Virus record (IMG/VR): IMGVR_UViG_3300009788_000014
Coordinates: 1 to 60,611 of that record
Length of the DNA: 60,611 nt
Direction: 5' to 3' (one strand)
Source: a virus
Lineage: Duplodnaviria > Caudoviricetes
Shown piece after piece: positions 50,038 to 59,885 of the stretch (the stretch's first letter is position 1; the number at the start of each line of letters is the position of its first letter). The notes beneath the pieces were generated by a model. That model saw nothing but the letters and a program-made list of their open reading frames with translations, had not been told where the DNA came from and did not search any database. The translations under genes and the position numbers were made by a program.

Positions 50038-50966
50038 GGCCGGCTTTCTTCCCGCCTGCTCCTGACGTTCCAGCGAGCCACGATGTCGATCAGCGCGTCG
50101 GCGAAGGGTCGTAGATCTTCTTCATCCTTGAGAAAGTCTAGGAGAAGCCGCTCTATGCGGTTCTTTAGGTAGAAGTGGTCACGTGCGCTCTGCCTTTCCT
50201 TGCTCGCGGGAGTCAGGAACCAGCGCTCGACGGTGAACTCTCTGGCCATGTCCGGCGGCATGCCGGCTAGCCTTCTTTTGGCGCCCTCGCGGGTCAGGAA
50301 GAACGTTTCTCCGTGAGCCGTCTGGGCCGATCCCGGTCGGCTCACCACCAGCCAGCATTCCGTCTGCGTCTTCATACGCCCTCCTCCCCGCCTCCGGGGG
50401 ATCTCGCCGCGTTTAATAGGCGCATTACCACTTGGCAGACTTCGTCCTCCGTTGCCGTCAGGATTATCGGGCTAACCCAATCCCGGCCGCCGGCGTTCAC
50501 TCCGGGCTCCCACAGGGTCACCTTGATTCTGCCGTACACGGGTTCGGCCTCGATGCGTCGTCCCGCCGCCAGCGCGGCATCGACAAGCCCGCCAATCGTC
50601 TGCTTGCTCACGTCGTCATCTCCTCTTTTGCTACATCCCCGAGATCGCCCACCACCTCATTCCAGTCAGGATCGTCCACGGCGGCAAAGGCTCGCATCTT
50701 CGCGACACCGGGAAACCTCTTGCGGTCCGCCGCGGTCGGTAGGCGTCCGCCGATTTCTACGAAGTTGAGAGGCCACTCTTTTGAGAGATGCTCGACTACG
50801 GCGTCCAGCGCTTCCGCCAGGTCGTCGAAGGGCGTCTCTTTCCCTGTCGTCGCCACGAAGGACGCTGCACGGGCGTACCGGAGCCAATCCTCCAGCGTTT
50901 GCCTTGCAGCGCGCAGACGGGCGAGCACTCTTTCAGAATCGGGCAGGGGAACTGGATGGATTACGG

Positions 50967-51830
50967 TCATCGCGTCATCTCCTCGAAGAGGCTCGCTTGC
51001 CTCGGTTGATCGATCGCGGCGGGTGAGATGTCCGTCAGGAAGGCCGGCAGCTCCTGGATCAGCTCGCCGTCGAGGAACGGATCGGCGCCGGGCCTGAGGC
51101 CGCTCGATTGCTTGTAGAAGAACGCCGTCCCGTATCCAGCGCAGACATGGCGCATCTCTCGCGCCCATATTTTCGGATCTTTCGGCGTGCCGCTCGGCCG
51201 CCGCTTCGGTCCGCTTTCGGCGCCATATATACACCAGTCGATTTTGCAAGCCCCGGCTGTCCAGAAATAGTGGTCGGCGAACTCGGCCAGCGGGCCGAGG
51301 GCTGGTTCGTAACTGACGAATCGGGCTGCGGCAGGAAGGTCCTGGAGTATGAATAATCGCTCGATCACCGCCACCCCGAGGTGTGCGTCCTTGTGCTCCA
51401 GTAGGCCGCTCTCTATGCTGGTCCCTAACATGACATTGGGGTAGCCGGCTCCCCAGTCCTTCGGCAAGAGGCCATGAATGTTCTGGGGCCGCTTCGTGAG
51501 GAGCAGCCATTTGAGCCACGGCGTAGCGGCGATCAGCGGCCACAGGTCCGCGATGATCTCTCGCTGTTCCTCGTCTCGGCTTTCTGCCCAGTCGCACATG
51601 GATCCCACGAATACCGAGCGCGGTTTGCCCGCCGCTTCCGCCTTGCGGTTCCAGATGATTGGCTGGCGCCAGTATGCGGCCCCCGTCCTTGGCCGCGGAC
51701 CGTTCGGTCCCCACACGCCGCGGAACATTGCCTCAGCGTAGCAATTCTTGCACCCGGTTGAAACAGCCCCACAGCCTTGCAGCGGGTTGAAGGTGTGGTC
51801 ACACCAGCTGATCCCTGTCTTCTCACCCAT
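50967..51830 (-). CDS. Phage Gp37/Gp68 family (DUF5131) radical-SAM-like protein
   Basis: TGISWCDHTFNP..GC..VS.GC.NCYA, FVGSMCD, LLTKRP, FVSYEPALG, I.GAESG, FFYKQ. Confidence 0.9.
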   Translation of the reverse strand: MGEKTGISWCDHTFNPLQGCGAVSTGCKNCYAEAMFRGVWGPNGPRPRTGAAYWRQPIIWNRKAEAAGKPRSVFVGSMCDWAESRDEEQREIIADLWPLIAATPWLKWLLLTKRPQNIHGLLPKDWGAGYPNVMLGTSIESGLLEHKDAHLGVAVIERLFILQDLPAAARFVSYEPALGPLAEFADHYFWTAGACKIDWCIYGAESGPKRRPSGTPKDPKIWAREMRHVCAGYGTAFFYKQSSGLRPGADPFLDGELIQELPAFLTDISPAAIDQPRQASLFEEMTR

Positions 51831-52542
51831 TTGCTGCTCTCTTTGCGGCCTCTTGTTCGTCGGCGATCATCCCCATGATCTCCGCCGCGCGGTCCGCACA
51901 TTCCTCGTCCTTGCTCCGGAGCAACCGCAACATCTTGTCCCGCTGTTCCTCAACGCCCTCGTTGATCATGCTCTCCATGTCCAATGTCAGACGGTCGCGC
52001 CGGCCCCAGCTCTTGGGGTCCGTTCGTTCGAGCCACCACGCCGCGGCGTTCCAGTGGTTTGGCATTGCCGCTCGCACTTGGCGGGTGGCATAGGCGACGC
52101 CGACCTGTCTCGCTTGTTTAATAGCGGCGGAAAACTCGGAAAACTTGGTGGTCAGCCCCGCGGCTGCGTCCTTCTCGCCTTGGGTGTTCCATACGCCTGC
52201 CGTCTCGTCAGTGATGCCAGCCAGCACCGAGGCAGTGCAGCGGTAGTTTCCTGCGCTTATGATTTCGACCATCCTCCCCTGAAGCTCGTACGTGAGCAGG
52301 CAGGGCCGGCCTCCCGGGTTCTTCTTTTTCTCTTCCGGAGGATCGCTCGCCGCAGCCTCCGCGGGTTGGCACGGTGGCACCTTCTCTGCCCGGAACCATT
52401 CGAAGCCGACCCATTCTCCTTGTCGTCCGAAGCAGTACTCGTAAATGGACGTGTTCGTTTGCTTCTCTTCGTTGACTACGTACCGCCTGAACAGGTCGCA
52501 CACTTTGCAGTGCCCGCTTCCTTTCCATCTGTGCTTGCTCAT
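51823..52542 (-). CDS. Putative terminase small subunit / HTH protein with N-terminal Cys-His domain
   Basis: GGRP.LLT.E.....I.AGNY...A...AGI....W...G...W.AAAWWLER..P..WGR pattern. Confidence 0.6.
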   Translation of the reverse strand: MSKHRWKGSGHCKVCDLFRRYVVNEEKQTNTSIYEYCFGRQGEWVGFEWFRAEKVPPCQPAEAAASDPPEEKKKNPGGRPCLLTYELQGRMVEIISAGNYRCTASVLAGITDETAGVWNTQGEKDAAAGLTTKFSEFSAAIKQARQVGVAYATRQVRAAMPNHWNAAAWWLERTDPKSWGRRDRLTLDMESMINEGVEEQRDKMLRLLRSKDEECADRAAEIMGMIADEQEAAKRAANG

Positions 52543-53279
52543 GTGGTTTCTTCCTTCATGTCCTCAACAATCTTTGCAAGGCGTCTGAATGCCAGCGCAG
52601 CCACGAGCGGAACTTGTCCATCGCCAAGGGCTTCAACGCGGTCCACGTCGTCGGCCATCCCATCCGCCACTCTTGCCACTTGGGATGGGGGATTCCACCC
52701 AGGATTTGCGCTGCGGGTGAGGGCGCACCTGCTCGTAAGCTCTTGCGCAGCCTGCTCACCATAGATAAGCGGGTGTCCATTTTTGCCGGGGTGGGCCAGT
52801 ATCCAGATCCTCTCCCTCTGATGAGGGGCGCCGACGTGGCACGCGCCGATACAATCCCAGACCGCATTATACCCGCTCTCGGCCAGGTCTCCGAGAATTC
52901 TTCCGAAGTACCGGTGAGCAAGGAGAGCTGGAACGTTCTCCAGGAACGCGTAGCGGGGTCGTACTTCGCCAATGATCCGGGCGGTGTCCGGCCACATGTT
53001 TCGGGAGTCATCGGCGCCTCGGCGTTTGCCCGCGGCGGAGAAGGGCTGACAGGGGAAGCCGCCGGAGACGACGTCAACTCGGCCGCCCCAGGGCCGGCCG
53101 TCGAAGGTCCGCACGTCATCAAAGATCTCGAAGGCTTCGAGGTGTCCGTCCCGTTGCCGGGCCCGGATGACTTCCTGCCGGTATGGGTTGTGCTCGACAG
53201 CGCAGACGGTTCGCCATCCGAGAAGGACGGAGGCGAGGAGTCCACCTCCTGCGCCGGTGAATAGAGAGAGCTCATTCAA
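52539..53279 (-). CDS. C5-cytosine DNA methyltransferase, alpha chain (motifs I-VIII and X)
   Basis: SLFTGAGG, GGFPCQPFS, FLENV, GAPHQRERIW, RVEALGDGQVP. Confidence 0.92.
   Translation of the reverse strand: MNELSLFTGAGGGLLASVLLGWRTVCAVEHNPYRQEVIRARQRDGHLEAFEIFDDVRTFDGRPWGGRVDVVSGGFPCQPFSAAGKRRGADDSRNMWPDTARIIGEVRPRYAFLENVPALLAHRYFGRILGDLAESGYNAVWDCIGACHVGAPHQRERIWILAHPGKNGHPLIYGEQAAQELTSRCALTRSANPGWNPPSQVARVADGMADDVDRVEALGDGQVPLVAALAFRRLAKIVEDMKEETT
52556..53275 (-). CDS. Overlapping alternative-frame ORF, putative C5 MTase beta chain (TRD + motif IX)
   Basis: Open 239 codons; WPTP and P.W.EWRMGWP..WT; ATG overlaps the upstream TGA. Confidence 0.65.
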   Translation of the reverse strand: MSSLYSPAQEVDSSPPSFSDGEPSALSSTTHTGRKSSGPGNGTDTSKPSRSLMTCGPSTAGPGAAELTSSPAASPVSPSPPRANAEAPMTPETCGRTPPGSLAKYDPATRSWRTFQLSLLTGTSEEFSETWPRAGIMRSGIVSARATSAPLIRGRGSGYWPTPAKMDTRLSMVSRLRKSLRAGAPSPAAQILGGIPHPKWQEWRMGWPTTWTALKPLAMDKFRSWLRWHSDALQRLLRT

Positions 53280-54159
53280 TGCTGCCTTCCTGACATCTGA
53301 TGGCGCCTGCGGCTTGCACGATCCGTTTGCATTTTGGGCAGGTCACCGCTTCGTCACGGATGGTCCACGATGCGACAGAGAGATCTATCGCGCGCGGCTT
53401 CTTGTAGCATATAGCCGAGACCCGGCCGTCGCTCGTGACGTGCGCGGCGCGGTGGACGATCTTGACCCGTAGGAGCCAGCCTCGTTCGACCGGTTTTCTC
53501 ATGGCCCTTTCCTCATGATCTCGGCTTCCAGTTTCTTGAGTCGCACAACCCACCAGCCGTTGACGCTAACGGTTTTTGTATCTTCGGGCCATCGCCCCGC
53601 TATCTCGTGCTCGAAGCCCTGACCGTTGGGCCCTTTGGATACGACGGGTATGTGCCAGATCTCGCCCCTCGTGTCGGTCAGTTCCATGTGCTCCCTTGAC
53701 TGAATTCTCTTCCGGCGGATGAAGACTCCGAGATGGTGCGGGTTTCCTCCGCCTTCTCCGTCGGGATACGGCGTCGTGCAGCCGTTCCGGATGACGTCTC
53801 CGAAGCGCAAGCGGGTTCCCTTGGCGATGACCGGGTCTCTCATAGCTTGCCCTCGTTCGTCGAGCCAGTCCCTCATTATGAGCGCGACGGCTTCCCACTC
53901 AGCCGCCATGCCTTCGCAATGCTCGATGGAGTCCTGCATCCTTTCGCTGCCGTCGTCCTTCACGTAGAAGACACCTTCCGGGTTCGTCACGTACCGGCCG
54001 CTTTCCTTCTGTAGGGTGCTCACGGGGCGTGCTCCTCGTCTTGGTGAATCGCTTCCATCAAAGCGGCCGACAGAAAGGCGGCCAGGATCATGGCACATCC
54101 GACGAGGACCAGATAGTCCCAGACGAGGACCAGATAGCCCCAGATCTTTTTGAGGATTC

Positions 54160-54369
54160 TCACCTTGCCTCCTTCGGATCGAGAGTCCCGCCGTCGCAAG
54201 GCGGAACCTTCCCGCCGGTCGTCGAATAGTAACAATATCCCCAAGCGATTTTCTCGCCACCGGCAAACATGTTCACCCCGCGGCGCTTCTTCCGCTTCAT
54301 GCCGCACCCGGGACGTTGGCAGGTGGCCTTCGTGCCGCCGGGGCTCCATCGCCATTTGTGTCTCATCAC
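54160..54369 (-). CDS. Small Cys/His protein
   Basis: HKW...C....C...YC...KVPPC. Confidence 0.55.
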   Translation of the reverse strand: MMRHKWRWSPGGTKATCQRPGCGMKRKKRRGVNMFAGGEKIAWGYCYYSTTGGKVPPCDGGTLDPKEAR

Positions 54370-54370
54370 C

Positions 54371-55711
54371 TCACCGGAGAATCGGCTCCGGCCGCTCCTC
54401 TCCTGCCCACTCCGGAGCGGGGTCTGATGACTCCGGCCCGAAAAGGTCCTTGTCGCATTCTACACAGAGGAAGTCCTGTACCTTGGCGCCTCCGAGCTTC
54501 TCGCCGCACAACCGGCACTTGCCTTCTGCCCACACCCGTTCGTGGCGCTCCGCCTCGGCCTCCGGGGGTTCTGCTCCGAGGGTGGGGAAGGCGGGGGGGG
54601 GCCGGCCCCCGTTGCCGCCTCCGGCGTCGTAGGCCGCGAGGTCGTCTTCCCAGGCCCGCTGGTTGACGAAGGGGGCGCCGCCCTTGGCGTAGCCGCTGGA
54701 CCAGCGGCGCGTCTTCTCGGCGCTTCGGATGAACTCTACGACCTCCTCGGGCGAGGGGCGGTCATCGTCGGGGATACGGCACCAGGCGGCGAGCGCTTCT
54801 TTTTTGCCGGTCCGCTTCGGGTAGTCGGTCCACCACACGTCGAACTCGGCCCGGCGCTCCGCCGGCGTCGACTTGGGAGATGCCCGCCCCGGATCGCTCG
54901 CGGCGGTGTCGCCTTTCTCCCCATGCTGCAGCGGGGACAGAGGATCCGGAGCGGGGCTTGGCTCTTCGCCGGGGGCACCGTACGGGTTGGCGGCGTCGTC
55001 CGGGTCTTCCAGCGGTAGGCCGGGGAAGTCGCAGCCCGGGCAAGGCTCATCGCCCTTGTGGTCCCGTGCGCAGCGGGCGGGGCCGGGCGCGCCCGCGCGC
55101 TCTTCTCCTTCTGGATCCTGATCTGGATCCAGGATCCCGGATCCGGACGCGCGCGCGAGGGACAATCGAGAACGCGTCCCCGACGCGTCGACGACGCGTT
55201 CGAGACGCGTTCCGAACGCGTTCGCCATGCGGTCGAAAACCGGGTCCCATCCGGGCGAGTAGCGAGCTCTGAAGTCCGCCCACAGAGCGGACTTGCGGCC
55301 CACGGAGGTGAAAGCGTCCATCATCTTGACCAGGCCCTTGACCTGGTTGCTCTCGGGGTTCGGGGTCTCGCCCCACTCATGCCGGGCGAGCTCCACGACC
55401 CAGAGCATCCGGTAGACGTCATCGACGAGTATGAAAGGCGTCCGTAACGCGTCGTCGACGCGTTCTCGACGCGTTCCGAACGCGTTCGAGACGCGTTCGC
55501 CCGACAGCCTGAAGAGCGCCGACCGGGCCGCTTCTCCGTCGATCCCGAGGTCGTCGCAGATCGTCGGCGTCGCGATCCGGTACAATCCGATCGCGTTGGA
55601 TGCGGGGCAGGTCATCAGATAGAACGCGACGGCGTGCGCCGTCGTGTCGCCCCGGAGGGCCTCGGCGAGATCGCCTTCCCAGTAGGCTTGGGAGACCTTG
55701 CGGTAGGTCAA
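54371..55711 (-). CDS. Phage replication initiator / replisome organiser
   Basis: N-terminal wHTH-like (YL.TCP..N.IGLY.I....I..DLG), DPDQDPE linker, FD.WW..YPKR.GK..A..AW domain; internal iterons. Confidence 0.8.
   Translation of the reverse strand: MTYRKVSQAYWEGDLAEALRGDTTAHAVAFYLMTCPASNAIGLYRIATPTICDDLGIDGEAARSALFRLSGERVSNAFGTRRERVDDALRTPFILVDDVYRMLWVVELARHEWGETPNPESNQVKGLVKMMDAFTSVGRKSALWADFRARYSPGWDPVFDRMANAFGTRLERVVDASGTRSRLSLARASGSGILDPDQDPEGEERAGAPGPARCARDHKGDEPCPGCDFPGLPLEDPDDAANPYGAPGEEPSPAPDPLSPLQHGEKGDTAASDPGRASPKSTPAERRAEFDVWWTDYPKRTGKKEALAAWCRIPDDDRPSPEEVVEFIRSAEKTRRWSSGYAKGGAPFVNQRAWEDDLAAYDAGGGNGGRPPPAFPTLGAEPPEAEAERHERVWAEGKCRLCGEKLGGAKVQDFLCVECDKDLFGPESSDPAPEWAGEERPEPILR
55172..55221. 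repeat. Iteron array 1: five ACGCGT at 11-bp period
   Basis: ACGCGT at 55172, 55183, 55194, 55205, 55216. Confidence 0.85.
55447..55496. repeat. Iteron array 2: five ACGCGT at 11-bp period
   Basis: ACGCGT at 55447, 55458, 55469, 55480, 55491. Confidence 0.85.
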
Positions 55712-55892
55712 AAGATTGCCCTCGGCCGGATGATGATCTCGTACTTGAGGCGACACCAGGCGCACCAGTCGGCAAAGTGAGGATCGCCGGAGGTGTCCGG
55801 CCAATGATGGGCGCAGTCGGGCTGGTCCGGGCGGTCCACTTGTCCGTCGCACACCTTGGGGACAGGCGCTTTCGGGTCGTCGACGCGGTCGC

Positions 55893-56075
55893 TCACTTGA
55901 AGTAGTCTCCCGGCCGCGGCGAGAGTGTCCCATCGGGCCTGACGGGCACGATGGCGACCCAGGGGAGCTTCCCGGAGGTGACGATCACGAACGGCCGTCG
56001 CTCCTCGTGGACGTCCTCCAGGACGGTCTTGAGGGTGTTGCGAAGGGCGGTGATGCCGATGCGGGTGGGTTCCAT
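55893..56075 (-). CDS. Phd/YefM-family antitoxin (DNA-binding domain only, orphan)
   Basis: IGITALRNTL..VL..V.....PFVIV..GK....IVP. Confidence 0.75.
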   Translation of the reverse strand: MEPTRIGITALRNTLKTVLEDVHEERRPFVIVTSGKLPWVAIVPVRPDGTLSPRPGDYFK

Positions 56076-56081
56076 GCCTCC

Positions 56082-56111
56082 AGTGTACGGGGGGCGTACG
56101 CCCGGAGTCAA
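56082..56111 (-). promoter_or_regulatory. Promoter with palindromic operator for the phd-rep operon
   Basis: TTGACT-18bp-TACACT, ATG 6 nt downstream; GGGCGTACGCCC palindrome at 56092-56103. Confidence 0.65.
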
Positions 56112-56193
56112 GGACTTTCTCGGCGATCTTCCCGCTCCCGGGGGTCGAGGAGCTCGAGCGGACCGCCGAGGAGGGGCGCGTCGACGCGGTCGG

Positions 56194-58629
56194 TCAAAAC
56201 CCAACCTCCCAGCCGATAGCTCTGAATTCGTACTCAGTCGCCTCCTGGGCCGTGAAGGGCCAGTGGGGCGCGGGAGCGTCTTCCGCCTTGGCAAGGTCAC
56301 AGTCCCAGCACTCCCACGAGAGGACCCAGTGGTCACGACGGATCTTCTCCTCGTCCCGGCGGCCGGACGATCCGCCGGCGAGCGGGTGCATGGTCTTGCC
56401 GCACCCTGGGCAGGCCGGGACGTCGACGCGGCCGCTCACTCCGCATCCTCCTCGGTGGACGCCGAGGAGGCGACGAGGGCGTCGAACTCATCAGACGAGA
56501 CCGAGCAGGTCAACTCGACCTCCCCGTCCTCATCGTCTAGCGGTGTCCATGGACGAATCACGGCCACGCGGCCCGCCAGGTCGCTGTCCCGGCGAGCCTC
56601 CCTCAGGCAAGCGGCGTGAAAGGCGGTGGGTTTTCTATCGACGAGCCCGAGCACGCCGTGGCCGCCACGCAGAGCACGACTACACCACCAGCACGGCGCC
56701 TTGAGCCGAACGCCCCTCAGGGGCCGACGAGGGCGAAGCCCGCTCACTCGACCTCCTTGGGGCCGCGCACCACGGCCGAGCCGTCCTCTTCTGGAATCCA
56801 GACGGCCCTCTCATCGCCATGGAGCTGCCTGTAGTCCAGTGGGCGTCCGTGCGCCGGGATGAACCGGACAGCGACGCCGGGATTGGCCCTCTTGAGCGCC
56901 TCGAAGGCGTCCGAATCGATCTCGGGTTCTTTGTTCATCGCAGCAAGATCTCCATCATTCGGTCTCGTATCCGAGCCTGGTGGTCGAACTGACGCCCCCC
57001 GTAACGCTCCTCGATGCCGCGGGAGATGGCCCTGCACAAGCAGTGGGCGAAGGCCTCGCCGTCCGTCGCGAAGAGCCGGGCACAGCGGCCGGCCGCTTCT
57101 TCTACCTCGTCCGTGATGATGGCCGACATCTTCTGGTGTTCTAGGTCCACTTCGTCTCCGTGTTGTTCCCCTAGGACGGTCACCGCCCGGCCTCAGCTTC
57201 GTCGGGGTTGCGCGGAACGGCTGGGACCTTGTCGGGGTCTCCGAAATCGTCTGCCGGCCGCTCGGCCGCCTCCGGATCCTCCCACGGCACGATGCCGCCC
57301 TCGTGGCCCTGGGCGTAAATCTCGTGGCGGATCTCGCGCAGGGTGGCGCCTTCGGGGAGCCCTACGATCAGGCGAGCGACGCCTCCGTAGGCGCACTCAC
57401 TGCCTTCGTGACGGTCAGAGACGGGGCACGGTGTATGCCGTCCAAGCTCGCCCTCGTGTCGCGCCCGGGCTTCCGCCCAGACCGCGATACTGAGCGGGTC
57501 CTGCGTGTCGACACCGCCGTCCTTCGGCGGTGTCATGGCGCCCCGCCCCCGTCGCGCAGTGTCGGAGATTCCTCGGCGGGCGGCGCGGCTTCGGCCTCCG
57601 GGAAAAGACTGTGCAGACCGGTACTCCACCCATGTTCGTGGCCAGGTTTCCCTACTTCACAGATGAATCCCCACGGGCCAAGACCAATCCGGTAACCCTG
57701 GTCTTCGATGGCCAGGATTACCCCGGCTTCGCCACTGCACTTTCCGCACGAGCAGGTCCATCCGTCCACCGGCCGGCCGACGTAGCTTTCCCGGGCTTCT
57801 TCTATGCTCAAGATCATGGCTCTTCTCCTACAGCCTCCGCCGCCAGGCGCCGACCGTCTTGGCCTGCCGCTCGTCGGCGCTGGTCTTGATCCTGATCCGT
57901 TTGCCGCCAAGGGCGGCGATCTTCTGCATCTTGACTTGCCCCGGCTGCGCCAGCGCCAGGACCCAGGCGCGGCACGCCTCCCCGTAGCGGATCCACCGGG
58001 CGCCTTCGTCGCCGGCGCCGCGCCCGCGCTGGCGACGGATGGGATCCCGTCGCCCGATCCGCGTCACGAAGTCGGGGTCAGGGCCGAGGTCGCTGAAGGC
58101 ATCGAGGTGGTTCATGCCGATTCCTCCAACAGCGCCACACGCTGGGCTAGCTCGTGGATCGTTGCCAGCGCCCGCGCGAGGAGGCCGGCACGGTCGCCCG
58201 GGTGCATCGCGCCCAGATAGCGACCCCGATCCGTCATAACCAAGTCGACGGCCACTTCGTAGTCGTCGTCGTCGAGCGGCTCGGTTGACAGCGAGCAGCA
58301 ATCCGGCCACGTTCGGCCGGTCTCCGGCTTGCGCCACTCCTTCAGGTCCTCTCGGAGCTTCGGTCCAAACATTGTCTCGTCTCCGTGTTGGTGTCCGGTG
58401 TCCGTCCGCATCAGGCGCAGCTGCCGCTGATGACGACCTGGCACTGACCCGCTGCGGGGTTGATGCCCATCTCGCCGAGGAAAATCCACGCGGCATCGAG
58501 GGCGGTTTGGCCCCGGGGGACGATGAAAGAGGCCGCGTAGACCCGCTCCTCGCCGCCGGCCTTCCGGTCGTAGGCATCTACGGTCGCCCGGCCGTCCCGG
58601 GCGTGGTTCGTGGTGTTGGCGGTGGTCAT
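56194..58629 (-). other. Leftward operon of about nine small hypothetical genes, several with CxxC motifs
   Basis: Chain of GTGA/ATGA-coupled ORFs; first starts at 58629 and 58372 carry the CACCAAC..GGAGAC motif. Confidence 0.6.
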
Positions 58630-58725
58630 GGTCTGTCTCCGGTTGGTGTTTCTTGGTCTCGCCTCCTTCACATGCGAAGAGCGCGCCAGGTTGTGACCGG
58701 AACGACTCTTGCACGGTCTCCGGGC

Positions 58726-59019
58726 ATGGCACGACCGACCTATGACCCCGACGACGTCGCGCTTCTCCGCCTGAAGCGGAAATGTAGCGACCGCACAGCA
58801 AGACGCATCCTTGCCGCACAAGAGGCCGGTAGATCCGCTCCCCGTAAGGCTTTCGGCCCCGAGAGGCAGGTCTCCGACGAGGCGTTCCTGGCGGTTCTGC
58901 GGCGGTTTAGGAAAGCAGAAATCGGTCGCGGGCAGGCCGCCTCGATCCTCGGTCTTTCTTTGACTTCCTGGCACCGCTACCGCCGGCGCATCGAGCCTAT
59001 GCTACGACAAGACGCCTGA
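58726..59019 (+). CDS. HTH DNA-binding protein (resolvase-C-terminal-like HTH)
   Basis: EIGRGQAASILGLSLTSWHRYRR; at the main divergence point. Confidence 0.65.
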   Translation: MARPTYDPDDVALLRLKRKCSDRTARRILAAQEAGRSAPRKAFGPERQVSDEAFLAVLRRFRKAEIGRGQAASILGLSLTSWHRYRRRIEPMLRQDA

Positions 59020-59488
59020 AATGGGCAAGGCCACATAGAAGAGTGTCAAGATGTGTCCACTGCTCGGCAAAGCGTGTCACCCCTCGTAAATCGTTGAAAA
59101 CGCTTGGCTTGTGGTGATTATGCCGCGGTCCGTAAAGCCTGTAGCATGACATTCTGTGTCACGTCGCGTCCGCGACGGGCCTAGCAATGGTCCTCTAACC
59201 CCCGGAATCACTAGACCGCCCGTTCGGACACAACCTGGCACGCCGCTTGCTTATACAATCTCGGTGTCGACAGGGAAGGCAGACAAGGCGCCCTGAGACA
59301 CTCTTTGAAAACGGAAGACCCGGAACGGAGCCCTCGCCGGATAGCGGCCTTGCCAAGCCGCCCAACGTCCGAAGCCTTGAGGCTCTACCGCCAGGACCCC
59401 TTCCCGGAGCTACGGCCCGCGAGGAGGACAGCAGAGGGCAGGCGAGGGACGGATTCACCGTCTCATCGGTTCTCGCAAGGAGTCAACC

Positions 59489-59686
59489 ATGGCTTTTTCT
59501 CCCGGTACCGCCTCTGAGATCTCCATCCCGGCCGGCACGATCGTCTTCGACGAGGATTCCGACCGGGTGACCTTGTTGGCTCCCGTCTACGCCGCCGCGA
59601 TCCGCGAGACCGACGGTTCGTGGGCCTACGAGGTCGGCGGCCGGCGCTACTTTTGCGCCGGTGGTTGCGCGGAGGTCCCGGGCTGA
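59489..59686 (+). CDS. Small hypothetical protein (cassette A)
   Basis: AAGGAG RBS; fits exactly between paired arms. Confidence 0.7.
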   Translation: MAFSPGTASEISIPAGTIVFDEDSDRVTLLAPVYAAAIRETDGSWAYEVGGRRYFCAGGCAEVPG

Positions 59687-59885
59687 GGAACGGCCGAAAG
59701 GCCGCCCTTCGCCTGCCCCCTGCTGAAAGAGACCAGAGAGAGAGCGAGGGGCGACTGAGCCCGCGGGCAAGAGGTTCGCACCGGGCGAGTCGATGGACTC
59801 AGCCCCTCGCTTCCCCCCTGGTCAACACGAGAGCGAAACGGCAAGGGCGGCGGCAATCCAGCCTCGCCCGGTTGGAGAATCAGAC

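Noticed and set aside
55172-55496. Mini-CRISPR in the replication gene
   Set aside because: 6-bp cores with 5-bp gaps fit iterons, not repeat-spacer units.
58726-59019. Serine integrase or resolvase
   Set aside because: Only an HTH is present; no catalytic YxRxS domain upstream.
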